Under the pieces are notes generated by a model. That model was not told the origin of the DNA and made no database searches. It saw only the letters and a program-made list of their open reading frames with translations. Both the position numbers and the translations under genes were made by a program. DNA of 64,000 bases from an uncultured Nitrososphaeraceae archaeon (GTDB taxonomy: Archaea; Thermoproteota; Nitrososphaeria; Nitrososphaerales; Nitrososphaeraceae). Location of the stretch: assembly GCA_963765895.1 (NCBI GenBank), contig CAVXZB010000038.1:131068-195067 (forward strand), in the 5' to 3' direction. Shown here piece by piece: positions 1 to 12,357 of this stretch (position 1 is the first letter of the stretch; each line of letters starts with the position of its first letter).

Positions 1-184
1 TTAATTAAATAACGATATGTAGAACTTAGAAAATATACTAATGGGTTTGACTAAAGTGCGGGGATCCTAGGCATCGGTATATTGGTAGTAAGACCAAGTC
101 AATATTTATTGGATATGGGTATCGCTTCACATTAAAGATAGATTGAATGGAAGCTCACGATGAGAGTTAAACATATCGAATCGC

Positions 185-1141
185 GGCCATGTAGAAATCA
201 TCACAAAAATGACAATATTCGTTAGCCTGTGCATGTTATAGGCTATGCATCTGAATGATAGTTCCCTGTTCTGTGTTTTTACTAGCCTTGAAGAAATATA
301 TTCTCCAAATAGTCGTTTTATGACAGACATTATGGTCTCATCCTTGTTTCGTTGATTGTACAATAGTTCGTTATATCCACGTTTCATCTGCTTTCTATAT
401 CTGCCATGTGTTCTCCATATCGGTACATGTTCATATCGAGCTGGAATAACACTGAATGCATGCAAGGTTTCTCTTACCAACTGATGATTATCTTCATTAT
501 CATATCCCTTATCAGCTGTAACTACGGATAGTGGAAGGGATATTTGACGTCCTTGTTATGATTGGCTTGAAATCTACATTATCATGTCTTGTAGGAGCTC
601 GTCTTATCCTTATGTTGCAGATAATCTGTTGTAATACATCGGCTCTAATAGATAATTTCGCATATTTTCTTCTTGCTTCTATTCGTTCATCATAATACTG
701 TGAAGCATGAGTTATCTTAAATCCTGTTGAATCTATTCCTACAAAGATATGCTTCGTACAGCTAATTACAATGAATGACGAAATTATCTTCTCAAGCAGT
801 GAATTGCTAATTCTGTCTGTCTGTAAACTTTTGCAATGTTGTAAAATGAGGAATACGTGACAATCGTAGGTACGATCTAAGGTAATATGCCTCGACTAAC
901 CACTCGACAAACATCCTATAACTCTTACCTTCGTACTGTCTTATTGTAAGTAATACTAAATGCTGCCATATCGTAAATGCATGATTGCTCTTTCTGTGAA
1001 GAAACAATGGTATCCTTGAATTTCTCAAGACACGGTACATAGTATTAGCCAGCCTAACATATCTTGATTCTTTCAACATCCATATTGGATCATACGTCTA
1101 GAAAGCTCTAACGGTATTCAGAACATGGTTTCTACAGAGCC
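185..1141 (-). mobile_element. IS5-family insertion sequence (ISH1-like subgroup), copy 1; transposase frameshifted
   Basis: Terminal inverted repeats GGCCATGTAGAAATC (from 185) and GGTTTCTACAGAGCC (to 1141). Perfect 8-bp target duplication CGAATCGC at 177-184 and 1142-1149. ORFs 807..1079 and 127..480 plus the bases between them encode DDE-transposase motifs (GIDSTG, ADKGYD, YNQRNKDET). Size of ~0.95 kb and an 8-bp duplication fit the ISH1 subgroup. Confidence 0.9.
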
Positions 1142-1186
1142 CGAATCGCAAATGATTTAAATATAATAGCATGCATAATCTACTCT

Positions 1187-1390
1187 ATGAACAAGGCTTT
1201 TTCAATTGCTTCAGCTATGGTACTCTTAGCATTGCTGTTAGCGACAGGAGTCGGGCTGATTCATCCTGCCAACGCATGCCCAAATAATCCAAGCGGTACC
1301 ACAGGTATGAAAGGCAATCCAGCTGCATCATCTAGTCCTAGTACTCAAATAGCACAACCGTCACAACCTTTGCAGTCCAACTCAGTTTAG
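1187..1390 (+). CDS. Small secreted protein
   Basis: Hydrophobic signal peptide ending in ANA, followed by a Pro/Ser/Gln-rich tail. TATA-like TTTAAATA about 25 bp upstream and a T-rich tract downstream. Confidence 0.6.
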   Translation: MNKAFSIASAMVLLALLLATGVGLIHPANACPNNPSGTTGMKGNPAASSSPSTQIAQPSQPLQSNSV

Positions 1391-1898
1391 ATCAGGCAAC
1401 AAATTTCCTCTATTTTATTTGTTAGTAAATACAGATAAGCTAATATTACGAGTGGCTTTTCATAAAATTTGCAACTTACGAGAGTAAGGCGCAGCTGCCT
1501 AATCGAATCACACCGGTTAGATGGAGATATTGTTTTAGAATTAATTGACCTCTATCTAGAAAGTACAGTGGAATACCTTCTTATTCAATAGGCGGGTATC
1601 AAATTTGATAGTAAGTACATATGATGCAAATTAAAGATATTCCCCCAAACATCAAAAATATACAACTAATAAGACCATTTTCAAACTAGTATCAAGTTGA
1701 AGTTTCCTGTGTAACGGGTATATCACAGTTGAACGTAAAAGTGGTTTTTAATCACTGCACTTAGGTCTACTAATATATGTCCAATGCCTAACCTGGAAGA
1801 CTATAGAAAAATTTCAAGCTATGTACAGTCAGTATTTTGTGATTTGAAAATTTGGGTGACCCTTTATATACAACCAACACGTCTAATTATAATGCCTC

Positions 1899-3123
1899 AT
1901 GGATGGTGATGATTCAAATTTTAATGCGTTTCACGACAGAGTGATAAAATCCTACAAAAAGGAATTACCGTCAGGAATGGAGGTTTCGGATGAAATATCG
2001 TTTTTTGAATATTCTCAACATTACTGCATCTGCTATATAGATATATCAGAATCTACAAAAACTACAGCCATGATCAAAGATCCTCAAAAGATTAGAGACT
2101 ACTACTCTACTTTTCTCAATTCTATGGCGGCTGTAATATCAGAATTTCACGGAAAGATAATCAAGAGGTACTGGTGATGGTATCCTTTACTACTTTCCAA
2201 GTACTAGTAATGTGGAAAATGGTTCTGCCTTCAGCGACGTCCTCGAGTGTGGACTTACTATGATCACTTTAAGATCTGTTATCGGCGCGAGACTAGCAGA
2301 AATAGTACCACAAATCAGTTACAGAGTTAGTGCAGATTATGGCAGAGTAGAGATCGCCAGGTCAGCGGGAAATCCTGAACGAGATGATCTATTCGGTTCT
2401 ACGGTAAATCTGTGTACGAAGATAAACTCAAAAGCATCTCCAAATGAAATGGTCATAGGTGGAGATCTTTATCAGTTCCTGAAGAATCCATCTTTTTCAT
2501 CTCTGAACAGCAAGTATAAATTCAAAGGAACAACCGAATATTGTCTGGACGTGAGACATCCATATCCTGTGTATAATGTAGTAAGAAGGGAAAGCATGGA
2601 TTCTAATGACCTAATGCGTCGATATGATAAATTCTTCGATGCTATGATTGTGAAAAAACACAAGGTACAGGCTGCAGTTGGTGGTAAATCAGATCAATAC
2701 CGACTAAATTCACACGGACATTTAGATCAACAAATACAAAGTAAGGAGTCCGTCCATAATGTCTTGATAGTCGATGATGAGCCTGATGTTCTGTTAACAT
2801 ATAGGTCTTTCTTGGAGGATGCTGGTTATAACGTTGAAGCATATTCCGATCCACAGGAATCATTAAAGAGATTCGCGGAACATTCTTCTTCTTACTATGA
2901 CCTGGTAATCCTTGATATAAGGATGCCGGTTGTAAATGGTCTACAATTATACAGTAGAATGAAAGCTATTGATGCCGAAATAAAGATTATATTTCTTTCC
3001 GCTCTAGACGCTGCAGAAGAATTGTTGACCATATTGCCTGGTGTAAAGAATAAGAATACGTTTATCAGAAAACCAGTAGACCTAAGTATGTTTCTTAGTG
3101 CAGTTAAGACCGTGCTGAATTAG
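1899..3123 (+). CDS. Class III adenylate/guanylate cyclase fused to a C-terminal response-regulator receiver domain (one frameshift near 2165)
   Basis: YIDISEST; KIIK then, in a shifted frame, TGDGILYYF; DLFGSTVNLCTKI; receiver motifs LIVDDEPD, DLVILDIRMP and KP. Confidence 0.85.
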
Positions 3124-4219
3124 GCCTTGCTTATCATCCTGTGGCCTATATCTTCATGAGAATGTAGTACTGTACTTTCTGTTCGTATTAATTAGAAATC
3201 CGCCGCAAAATGTCTTGGCGCCATAGTATTACATATTGTTGATTCTGGTTAATGTATGGCAAGGTTTGTCGCTATTTCATATTTTATGTCAGAATATTCG
3301 AGTCTATGTGGCTATCTCGTCTTTTGGCCTGAACATAATCTCCTCTGGATCACGTTATCAATTTCCTTGCCCCTTACCATAGTACTTTACCAATCTTCAA
3401 TAGTTATTTCTACAATGTATAATCAAATACCAAACATTATCCTACGAATTCCAGATCAATTCCGATCCGAATATATCAATAATAGGTAGAGTCTCTAATA
3501 AATAAATAAGCTGGTTTGTATGAATCCTTTTGTCATTAGCTACTTCTCTGATGTAATGTAAGCTTGTCCGTATAGTCTAATATTAAGATCACTTCTAATG
3601 GGAGTAGCAAGTTCATAACCAGTACCATAGTGTACGTATAAATATTAGGCTCATGCTCAATTAATCGGTTAGTCAGCAAAACAAATTGAGAACAATCTGG
3701 CAATGCAAGCAACTCGATCCAGCAGTCGAATAATCAGAAACCTGCAAGAACCTTATCAACAGTTTGGATGGTTAGGTGACCAGACAAGGGTATAAACTGT
3801 CAATGCGTCAATTAATGACTTTTCTAAAAATGGATAACCATTCTGACTTACCAAAAATAGAAACTTAGAAACTAGAACGTTTGATAAGAGATTGTGTTTA
3901 TTCATATGCGTAATGATCGCAAGTTATCTCCAGGTACATATATGTAAGAACCGCAGCAATTGCTCATTTTTACGAAATGAATGATGTAGGCTTGCGATGG
4001 AAGAAGCTAAAGAAGTTCAAGGTTTAATTTAGAAATGTAATAGAAGATAGATCCTACACAAGAGACAACATCAAAAACTAACGGAGGTATAGGAATTCCA
4101 AATAATCATGAAAACCAGTAGTAATATATAGAAGTCAGATTTTTTAGACGCTCGATAACTTTTACTTTTTATTGCTTTAGGTTAGTATTTAGTTAACCTG
4201 TAGATTCTGGTAGTTGTAA

Positions 4220-4993
4220 AATGCCTCGTTCTGTTATCACAGAACATGACAAAGAAACGACTACATTGTTATAGTTGGGTTCCTGAACTACTAGATCATA
4301 GAGATAATTATTTTCTCACTCCTGTTGAGAAATTGCTGGAAAAAGTTGGATTAACAGCAAACTGTCCAGAGGTTGTATATAATCAAGGTGAATTATGTTC
4401 AGGCACTGCAAACGCTATTGGGGAATCAATCGAGTATACTTTAATAAAAGGTAAAAAAGAAGTTTTTGCACCTTCTCGTCTATTCATTTATTATACTGAA
4501 CGTAGGATAGAAGGGACTATACTCGAAAACCCGGAGCAATGATTAGAGACGGAATAAAATCGGTAAATAGAGAAGGAGCATGAAAAGAGACAATCTAGCC
4601 GGATATTATTGGCGAGTTTACAAAAGAGCTATCAATAAAATCCCTAGAGATGCGTTACCTCACCCCGATCCTGGCATATCAACGTATAAACAGAAGACTA
4701 AACAACTTCAAGTCAGTTCCAGCACTAGGTTTTCCATTTGTATTCGGGTCACAGTTTACGAATCTTTTATCTCATTACAACTAGCAAGAACAAGATTTAG
4801 CCAATGCCTGGGCCATGGGAGCAAGCCTTAACAGGACACGCGTTGCTGGCAGTAAGATATGGCGACTCTATTCATAGATTCATAGTAAGAAATGCGTGGG
4901 GCGAAGCTTGGATAAAAATAGGGATTTCCAATGCCTTATGATTAGCTACTAGACCCGAACCTTAGCGACGACTTTTGGATAATAAAGATGTAG
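4220..4993 (+). pseudogene. Papain-like (C1A) cysteine protease remnant
   Basis: Fragments across frames: YSWVPELLDHRD, YNQGELCSGTANAI (degenerate GSCTA), PSRLFIYY, GHALLAV, FIVRNAWG, DDFWII. Confidence 0.8.
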
Positions 4994-5435
4994 AATAATC
5001 ATGTATTCTGATTGCATACAATAAGTATCGCCGCTGGACTCGCCGGGGATGGTACAGAAGTCCATGACGATACTTGACCCGTAATGGGTATGTATAGTGC
5101 ACAATATTTTATATAAAAATTTACATAAAAAACGAAAAATCGCCGTTGAGACTCGTGAAAACAACGTGATCGAAGCATGTTATTAACGGGCGAGTCTCAA
5201 CAGCGACACACTCGTGTTATTCTTTGTTACACAATATTTTATTTAATGAATGCAGAAACCAGTCGTCTGTTTTATTAAGTTATTCTGGGCAAAGACTTTT
5301 TAATTATATAAACTGACACTTGTTAGGTTCTTTAATACGATAGGAGCACACAAAATTTACTAATCCTTTGATATCCTTCTAAAGTTCATAACTGGGCTGA
5401 TCTATATCTTCCGTAGAGGACAGGAAACATAGAAA

Positions 5436-6500
5436 ATGATTGATACTAATGGATACGCTGCCAAACAGATCAAACAACCTCTTACTCCATATTCATTTAA
5501 AAGACGTAATCCACTCGATAATGATGTCTTAATCGACATTCAATACTGCGGCATTTGTCACTCTGATATACATCAGGTACGTAACGAGTGGGGATCTTCC
5601 ACTTTTCCGATGGTTCCGGGACATGAGATAGTGGGAGTTGTCTTCACAAGTTGGTTCCAACGTAACTCGATTTAAAGTCGGCGACAGTGTCGCTGTGGGA
5701 AACTTTGTGGACTCTTCGGCGAGTGCAAACCGTGTGTCAACGGACTTGAACAATATTGCGTGAAGGGAGCAACTTGGACCTATAATGCACTCGAAAAATA
5801 TGAAGGTGAAAGTATGCCGACACAGGGCGGATACTCTGATAAAATAGTTGTGAAAGAAAAGTATGTCCTTCACATCCCTAACAACCTTCCTCTGGCTGCG
5901 TCAGCGCCGCTCCTCTGCGCAGGCATCACACTTTATTCGCCTCTTGTCCACTGGAAGGCGGGTCCTGGCAAGAAGGTAGCTATACTTGGATTAGGAGGCA
6001 TAGGTCATATCGGAGTGAAAATAGCACACGCACTTGGGGCTGAAGTCACTGTACTAAGCCATTCATTGAATAAACAAGATGAGGCCATACGAATGAAAGC
6101 CGATAGTTTTTATGCAACATCAGATCCAAGTACCTTCAAAAAGCTTAGGGGATATTTTGATTTAATAATTAATACGGTCTCAGTACAGATAGACCTGAAT
6201 AAGTATCTGAAACTATTAAAATTGGACGGTACAATGGTCATTGTTGGACTTCCAGAAAAGGAAATACAGTTTAATGCTTTTTCACTTACTAATGCACGTC
6301 GTAGTATAGCAGGTTCAGTCATAGGCGGGGTCAAAGAAACCCAGGATATGCTTAATTTCTGTAGCGAGCGCAACATTACTTGCGATGTCGAACTTATTCC
6401 AATTCAACAAGTAAACGAAGCATACGAGCGGGTTGTAAGCAGTGATGTTCGATATAGATTTGTTATAGACATTTTGAACTCACTTGCGTCCAAGAGTTGA
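5436..6500 (+). CDS. Zn-dependent NAD(P)H alcohol dehydrogenase, cinnamyl-ADH/YahK type (frameshifts at about 5640-5720)
   Basis: [30 protein letters not shown] and DVRYRFVID motifs. Confidence 0.9.
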
Positions 6501-6873
6501 TACCTGGTTTTCTACGTAGCACGTTATATTACAACATCACAAATCATGTGAGTGACGTAGACAAATCGTAGATATTTTTTGGAGGAAAGTGCTAATTATG
6601 AATTTACAAGTTGCCTCAGTTTACTTTATCACTCAATATCAATACACTCCTGTTTACGTCTAAACATATAGATCACTCCTATATCGAAGGAGAAATAACT
6701 AAGCACTAGAATGATATCACTAGGTACATCAACAAAATCAAAGCAAAAATATTGATGAGCGTATATCTTAATATGATACACTTTGTTCTAAAGACCTCTA
6801 TGATAGTTAGCGCGCTTTGTGCCTATAGCATCAATATAGCTACTGCATAATTAAAGAAACAAATATAATGTCC

Positions 6874-7881
6874 TTAGATTGACAAGAATTTTTGTGCATC
6901 GAAAAAGCTTTTGAGTTCCTTTGAAATCTGATCGCAGAATATTCCTAAAATCTCAAAGTCGAGAAGGTTAAGTTTCTTTTCACTAAACATAGCAAGAACA
7001 CCTATTGCATCGTGGTTGTAAATTAGTGGGTACCCTGCAAATGATTTCAAATTCTCCCTTTTTGCCCAGTCTTGATATTTTATTCTTGGATCGTTTACGA
7101 CATCATTTGTAATTACAGGCTTCTTGTTCTTAATTATAGGTCCAATCTTGACAGAATCTACGGATACTTTCGAAAATTCTCCGCTAATATTCTTGTATTT
7201 CCCGGCACTATATTTTAGTATTAGAAACTTTCTTTTACTATCAAGAAGCCAGATTCTTGCAAATTTTGCATCGAAATGTTTTACAACACTTTCTGCGGTC
7301 AGTTGAAGTTTATCGTTCAGGTTGTCGTATTTCTGAACCGAGTTCAAAATTCTGTACACCCGAGACTTTCTCTCAATCATGTTGTGTTCATCAAATATTG
7401 CGTACGGAGATGCCTTCAAAGTCTTCGACTCAAATGACCGATAGTCTAGAATCAGGTCTGCGAATCTATGTAAAAAATTGTTACTTTCTAGCTCATATTG
7501 TTCGGTGGATTCAAAAACAAAATGCGACACCCAATCAAATTCTCCTCCACTTAATTTAGCCGAGTAAATACAGAATGGGATTTCCTCTACGTAATTCGAC
7601 AGTCTCTCTATTAGAACGGATGAATTACTTGGATACTTGAACTTGAGGATTATCGTTCGGTTTAGTTTTTCAGATACAAGACTTGGATTAAGTATAGCGG
7701 AGTATCCTAGAACTATATGGTCGCGTTCCATTCGCTGGAGTCTGTATCTTATGGCTCTCTCCGTTATTTCATGTCCGATACTTTGGACTGCTTTTCGGAT
7801 TTCGCTCGATGAGCTGCGGGCATTCTTTCCAAGACAAGAAAGCACCACCTTGTCGATGTCATCTAACAAGAGCATACGCAC
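6874..7881 (-). CDS. Lrp/AsnC-family transcriptional regulator with C-terminal GAF domain
   Basis: N-terminal HTH (LDDIDK..NAR..ERAIRYRLQRME), a RAM-like middle region, and a GAF C-terminus (PVITNDVVNDPR..WAKRENLKSFAGYPL..IGVLAMFS). Confidence 0.85.
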   Translation of the reverse strand: MRMLLLDDIDKVVLSCLGKNARSSSSEIRKAVQSIGHEITERAIRYRLQRMERDHIVLGYSAILNPSLVSEKLNRTIILKFKYPSNSSVLIERLSNYVEEIPFCIYSAKLSGGEFDWVSHFVFESTEQYELESNNFLHRFADLILDYRSFESKTLKASPYAIFDEHNMIERKSRVYRILNSVQKYDNLNDKLQLTAESVVKHFDAKFARIWLLDSKRKFLILKYSAGKYKNISGEFSKVSVDSVKIGPIIKNKKPVITNDVVNDPRIKYQDWAKRENLKSFAGYPLIYNHDAIGVLAMFSEKKLNLLDFEILGIFCDQISKELKSFFDAQKFLSI

Positions 7882-8085
7882 TAGTACCGTTTAGTATTAT
7901 AATAACTTGCAATAGCCTACTGTCCGGCAAAAATAATCAAGATCAGTACGCTTTATCTTCAACTTCCGAAACTTATTCAAGGTCAGAATTAAGTCAGTAA
8001 CAATTTAGCAGAACAAAGATTACTTTATATAATTTTATCAAATCTGAGAATCCTATATAAACTCATTAGCATCATTATCACCAGA

Positions 8086-8214
8086 ATGTACAGGATTGAC
8101 TGGCTAACCTGTAACCGGTGTCAGGCCTCGTTCTACCTAAGAGGAGACCTGCAAATGTAAAAAGATTCTCTGATATGTCCAGATTGCTTTTTAGAAGAAT
8201 ATGAATTAAAATGA
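8086..8214 (+). pseudogene. Micro zinc-ribbon protein (CxxC...CxxC) with one in-frame TAA
   Basis: Manual translation MYRIDWLTCNRCQASFYLRGDLQM*KDSLICPDCFLEEYELK. TATA box CCTATATAAA at about 8052-8061, at leaderless-mRNA spacing. Confidence 0.6.
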
Positions 8215-8239
8215 GGTTAACTAAGTAACGATTTATCCC

Positions 8240-9450
8240 TACATCAGTCTCATCAGATAGCTTTCTTATTTTTTGGCAATTCTTTGGAATAGGCTCGCGT
8301 GAGCCAGATAGGGGTCACGATTGTAGTAAGTGCTAGCATTATGATTATTACCATATAGATATCAGATGTTAAAGCACCAGATGTTATACCCACCGCTGCC
8401 CACAAGTCCAACCTCTACACTCGATATCATTCCTATACCTACTTCCATAGACCTGTTTTGTCTCTTAAAAATAGGATTGATGATAATCCGCCCTCTTTCA
8501 TTTTCGTAATGATGGCAATTGATACGACTATCGCAGATAGATATAGTACTTCCATATTGATTCCCTTATGTACTTGCGCTCCAATAATAGGAAAGGATAA
8601 CGGAGCAAATATTATCTCTAGTTTTTGACATATTCTCCTATTGTTGATTCCTCTAGTACTTGCCATTGCCATACCAACAGCAAAAGCTCCTACAATTGGT
8701 AATAGCCCTACAAACGCTGCTATTCCAGCCGCTCCAAAAAATGAAGCCGTAACTATATACCTTCGACACTTCCCTTAGATTTCCCAAGTTTTCGACGTGT
8801 AATAGTTGTGCAACTAGTACAACAGCGCCTACAAGCAATACACAAAAATCCTAATATCTTTAAGACTAGAAATATGATATTTGTAATCTCTGGTGTCATT
8901 GTTCCTGTTCGAACCATAGTCGTTACTACTAACAGTACCGAAATTGATAGTATATCGTCGACTATCTCAGCTCCTAGTATTAATCTGGCACCTTTTAATT
9001 GCATTTTCCCTAATTCTGATGGCACTTGAATCGATATGACTATACTCATAGCAGTTGGTGCAGTAGCAACAAGCATTGATTCTAGTGCTTATAGTCCGAA
9101 TGGGGAGAAAAGAATATACGCCATGAAGAATGATATGATAACCCTATAGAGCCATCTGTAAATGAGGCTGCCTCGCCTCTTAGAAATTCCCCTGGAGTAA
9201 TTTCTAGCCCTGCTTTAAACAGATTACTATAGCAGATAATTCGCCAATATGCTTGATAGTTTCATCAAGATTAACTATGATCTTTCCCCCAAATGATATA
9301 AAGAGTTCCTAGTGCAAATGGACCTAGATTATACCAGCAAGTAATTCAACTAATACAACTGGTGTTTTTATCTATGAAAAATCTTAGCAAATACACTAGC
9401 AGTAAATAATAATATATCCTATGAAATTACTATATGTAAAAATACACTAT
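8240..9450 (-). pseudogene. Cation:proton antiporter (CPA2/KefB-like), multiply frameshifted; ends approximate
   Basis: ELLAGII.GP, LFKAGLEITPGEF, ARLILGAEIVDDILSI, IFAPLSFPIIGAQV, GMISSVEVGL fragments in several frames. Confidence 0.8.
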
Positions 9451-9782
9451 CCTATATTATTCCTGTCAGGATCTGTCAATATTATAGTTAATTCGGATTC
9501 GGACTTACTTATGGCATTTTGGCTTTAGTGCTGTTGTCTCTACTCCCTCGTCATAATTGAGTTTTTGCAATTACTACATCAGTGTCTACTTGTTTTTCAT
9601 CTATTCTTATACCATAACCACATGCGTTACTAATTTTTTCCTGATATTGAGGACATGTAGTATTATCACACTTACCACAACTATCTAAACATCTAGATGC
9701 TGTCGAGGAATTAAACCAGCAAATCTTCTCCTATCCAGCTAGTTACTATGTCAGCTGCACTTACAGTGTTCTTACTAATATT

Positions 9783-10031
9783 TTAAAAATTAAACAGGTC
9801 ACCAAAAAATCCCCTCCTTCTCCATCTATTATCATGATAATCGTCATCATATGCTCCATCGTTGTAATGGTATTTGTTATAATGTTCGTCTTCGTAACTA
9901 CTTTGGATTTGGGCTATCTTGTCTATCTCTCCTCTATCTAACCATACTCCCTTACAAGAAGGACAGTAATCAATAAGTGCCTCGTACCTTCGCATTAGCT
10001 ACATTAGAGCTGAACATTTTGGACATTACAT
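9783..10031 (-). pseudogene. zf-TFIIB-type zinc-ribbon protein with two in-frame stops near the N-terminus
   Basis: M*CPKCSALM*LMRRYEALIDYCPSCKGVWLDRGEIDKI...RRRGFFGDLFNF. Confidence 0.8.
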
Positions 10032-10607
10032 ATCTGAATATATATCGCCTCTCTTGTCATTTTCTAGAGAAAACGTGTCACTTAAGATTAGTGGTTGCTT
10101 TGCTTTACATACTTCTACTAGTAAGATAGATTAGGATTATACAACCATAATTCTTATCTGAAATAGATTAGTGTTTTGAATAATAGGGGATTAAGTTGTT
10201 GCATATTCCATTTAATTAAATTGTATATAACAATGCAATACACTGAAAACATATTGTCGGTGTGTTACGCACGATCCTTAACTACATAAAAGATTTAGAC
10301 ATGCAGTAGAAAGTTATGAACAGTTCATGATTTTAAGACTTGACTCATAGTCATTTTGCTAATAACAGATGTGTATAGCGGAGTCAACTTGCCGAAATAA
10401 TGAGCCCTCCAATAGCTACAGCCGGCCTTCTGTATATTAGTTTATTAGTATATTAGGTACCTTGGAGGCAGAACTATACAAGTAAAAGATTGTGGCAAGA
10501 TAGAGAAGATAAGATTTCAGTTTTAGACACAATAATATCAATATCAGAACATGATATCATGCGCAATATCAATTCTAGACCATAAATAAATACCCACCAC
10601 CGTACCA

Positions 10608-10892
10608 CTAATAACAATCTTCTTTACATTTATCCAAACCTTTCCGACTTAATTTAATGTCTTCTAGTGTATCTCTTTCAATGAACCCTTTTTGTATTAG
10701 ATGTTGTACAATTTCATTTGTTGCTTGATATCCATATGATGGTCTTTCATATGCTTCGGGACTGACATTTTTAAAAAAAACCTCAATAGCTTTTACACTA
10801 TTGTCTAGATTACCATGGGCCATTAAGTACATTCCGCAAAGAAACTTTTTGGAGTATCTTTGCAGCTCTCCTGATGTAAATATTCCCTGCAA
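10608..10892 (-). CDS. Hypothetical protein, possibly winged helix
   Basis: 94-aa ORF; the C-terminus VQHLIQKGFIE...IKLSRKG resembles a wHTH wing. Confidence 0.45.
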   Translation of the reverse strand: MQGIFTSGELQRYSKKFLCGMYLMAHGNLDNSVKAIEVFFKNVSPEAYERPSYGYQATNEIVQHLIQKGFIERDTLEDIKLSRKGLDKCKEDCY

Positions 10893-11586
10893 TTGAAGTC
10901 TTATTACGTCATATCTAAGACAGATAAATAACTTTCACATTTAATAATAAAAATTATTTAATGAATGCTAAAGGTAAGACGGATAATGTACATTCTAGTG
11001 ACATTTTATAGGTTAAAAAAGAGTTAGTTCTGAGATAGCAATAGAACAACCCGACCTATTTAAAGAATACGGAATAAACCAATTTGCATTTGGAATATTT
11101 GAGTAAGCTATCATACTTCAGGTTTCATCATCTAGACCATGTATGTTACTCACCATAGTACCATGAAAAGATATTCGGAAACTGAAATTGGTGGTGACCA
11201 GTCATCAGCCCGAGGTTAATTCCGAACGACCTCAGCCATGCCATGTCGTATCATGTCGTATATAACATTATCATATGACGCCGTCGTCAGTTTGCAGCTG
11301 CAAGTTTTCATATGAAATTGGGGTTTACATGATATCGTTATAAAAATAAATTTGACGTATAGATCGGTACAGGACAAGATAGCAATCAGCACTGATAGGA
11401 TAGGCTAAGATTCATTTGATTGTTCTAGCCAAGTCAGTCTCCAGTTGTACGAGTGCATTCCAACTCAATAATCTGGAGATTGATTCCTATCAGCATAGAT
11501 AATTTAGCTCGTTGGTCTAAATAATAAGCTAACTTAGCAGAACCAACCTCTACCTAGAATAGAGGTAATATTGCGGTAAAAGATGG

Positions 11587-11769
11587 TTAGGATTTGCGAA
11601 TATGAGTCTTTATCTTCTCCACTAAATCTGGCTTCATTATATCTTCTTCCTTGTAACCATGATCTTTAATTGCATGCTGACCTGCATCTTTCATTAGGTC
11701 TTCCTCCGTTTCGCCATTTGCAAGAAAATCGCAGTCGCATCCTACTTCACGGCATGATACTGTTAACAT
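11587..11769 (-). CDS. DUF1059 small metal-binding protein
   Basis: SCREVGCDCDFLANGETEEDLM...HAIKDHG...KIKTHIR. Confidence 0.85.
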   Translation of the reverse strand: MLTVSCREVGCDCDFLANGETEEDLMKDAGQHAIKDHGYKEEDIMKPDLVEKIKTHIRKS

Positions 11770-11936
11770 TAACTATACATAAAAATCAGCCCTAATAAAC
11801 TTAAATTGTCTTGGCATTTATTCACAACACAGACTGCCAGAACTATTACTTTTTCACGCGCCTATTTAGAGATGGCCCTCGGCCCCAATGACTAAAATGC
11901 TTGAAACTGAATTATTAAGCAAAAAAAGGAACTTAA

Positions 11937-12357
11937 TCAGTAGACCAGTAGTAGTTTCCATTCCCAAGCTTTTTTAGAGAGATTTCCTTCAGCATCTATA
12001 ACAACCTCAAAGACTCCAATGAGATTATTAAGTGATGCCAGTTTACCTTTCGATGATGTGCTATATAATACAGAATCACGCCAGTTTATACTTCTAGAAG
12101 GATCAATTCTACCTATGTCTTCACCAACGTAGATTGCTAGTTCTGATCCTCCAACCAAGATCGCCCCTAATCCTTTGCCATGGCCTATTCGCTAGTGTTT
12201 GTAGGTCTTCCGATGAAGGTTAGTATTTCCTTTAGTTATGCTCCCTTTAGACTGCCACTCATAGATACAGATGTTTCAATTGAATGACCTTCAGTATCCA
12301 GGTCCTCTTTTGGCTCGTAACTTTGCCTTTCAATTCTGCAATTTGATCTCCTAACAT
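11937..12357 (-). pseudogene. Conserved-looking hypothetical protein, frameshifted
   Basis: MLGDQIAELKGKVT at the 5' end and KLASLNNLIGVFEVVIDAEGNLSKKAWEWK at the 3' end, in different frames. Confidence 0.6.

Noticed and set aside
3130-3650. Possible glutamine cyclotransferase relic on the minus strand
   Set aside because: The resemblance is too faint and stop-ridden to support.
8074-8176. SAM-I or cobalamin riboswitch (TTATC..GACTGGC..GGAGACCTGC)
   Set aside because: Only scattered words match, core consensus elements are missing, there is no suitable downstream gene, and a zinc-ribbon ORF explains the sequence better.
9783-10031. TAA/TAG recoded as Gln (stops at Gln-like positions here, at 8158 and near 32990)
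   Set aside because: Intact genes in the window terminate normally at TAA and TAG, and other stops replace Trp codons. C-to-T and G-to-A decay is the simpler explanation.
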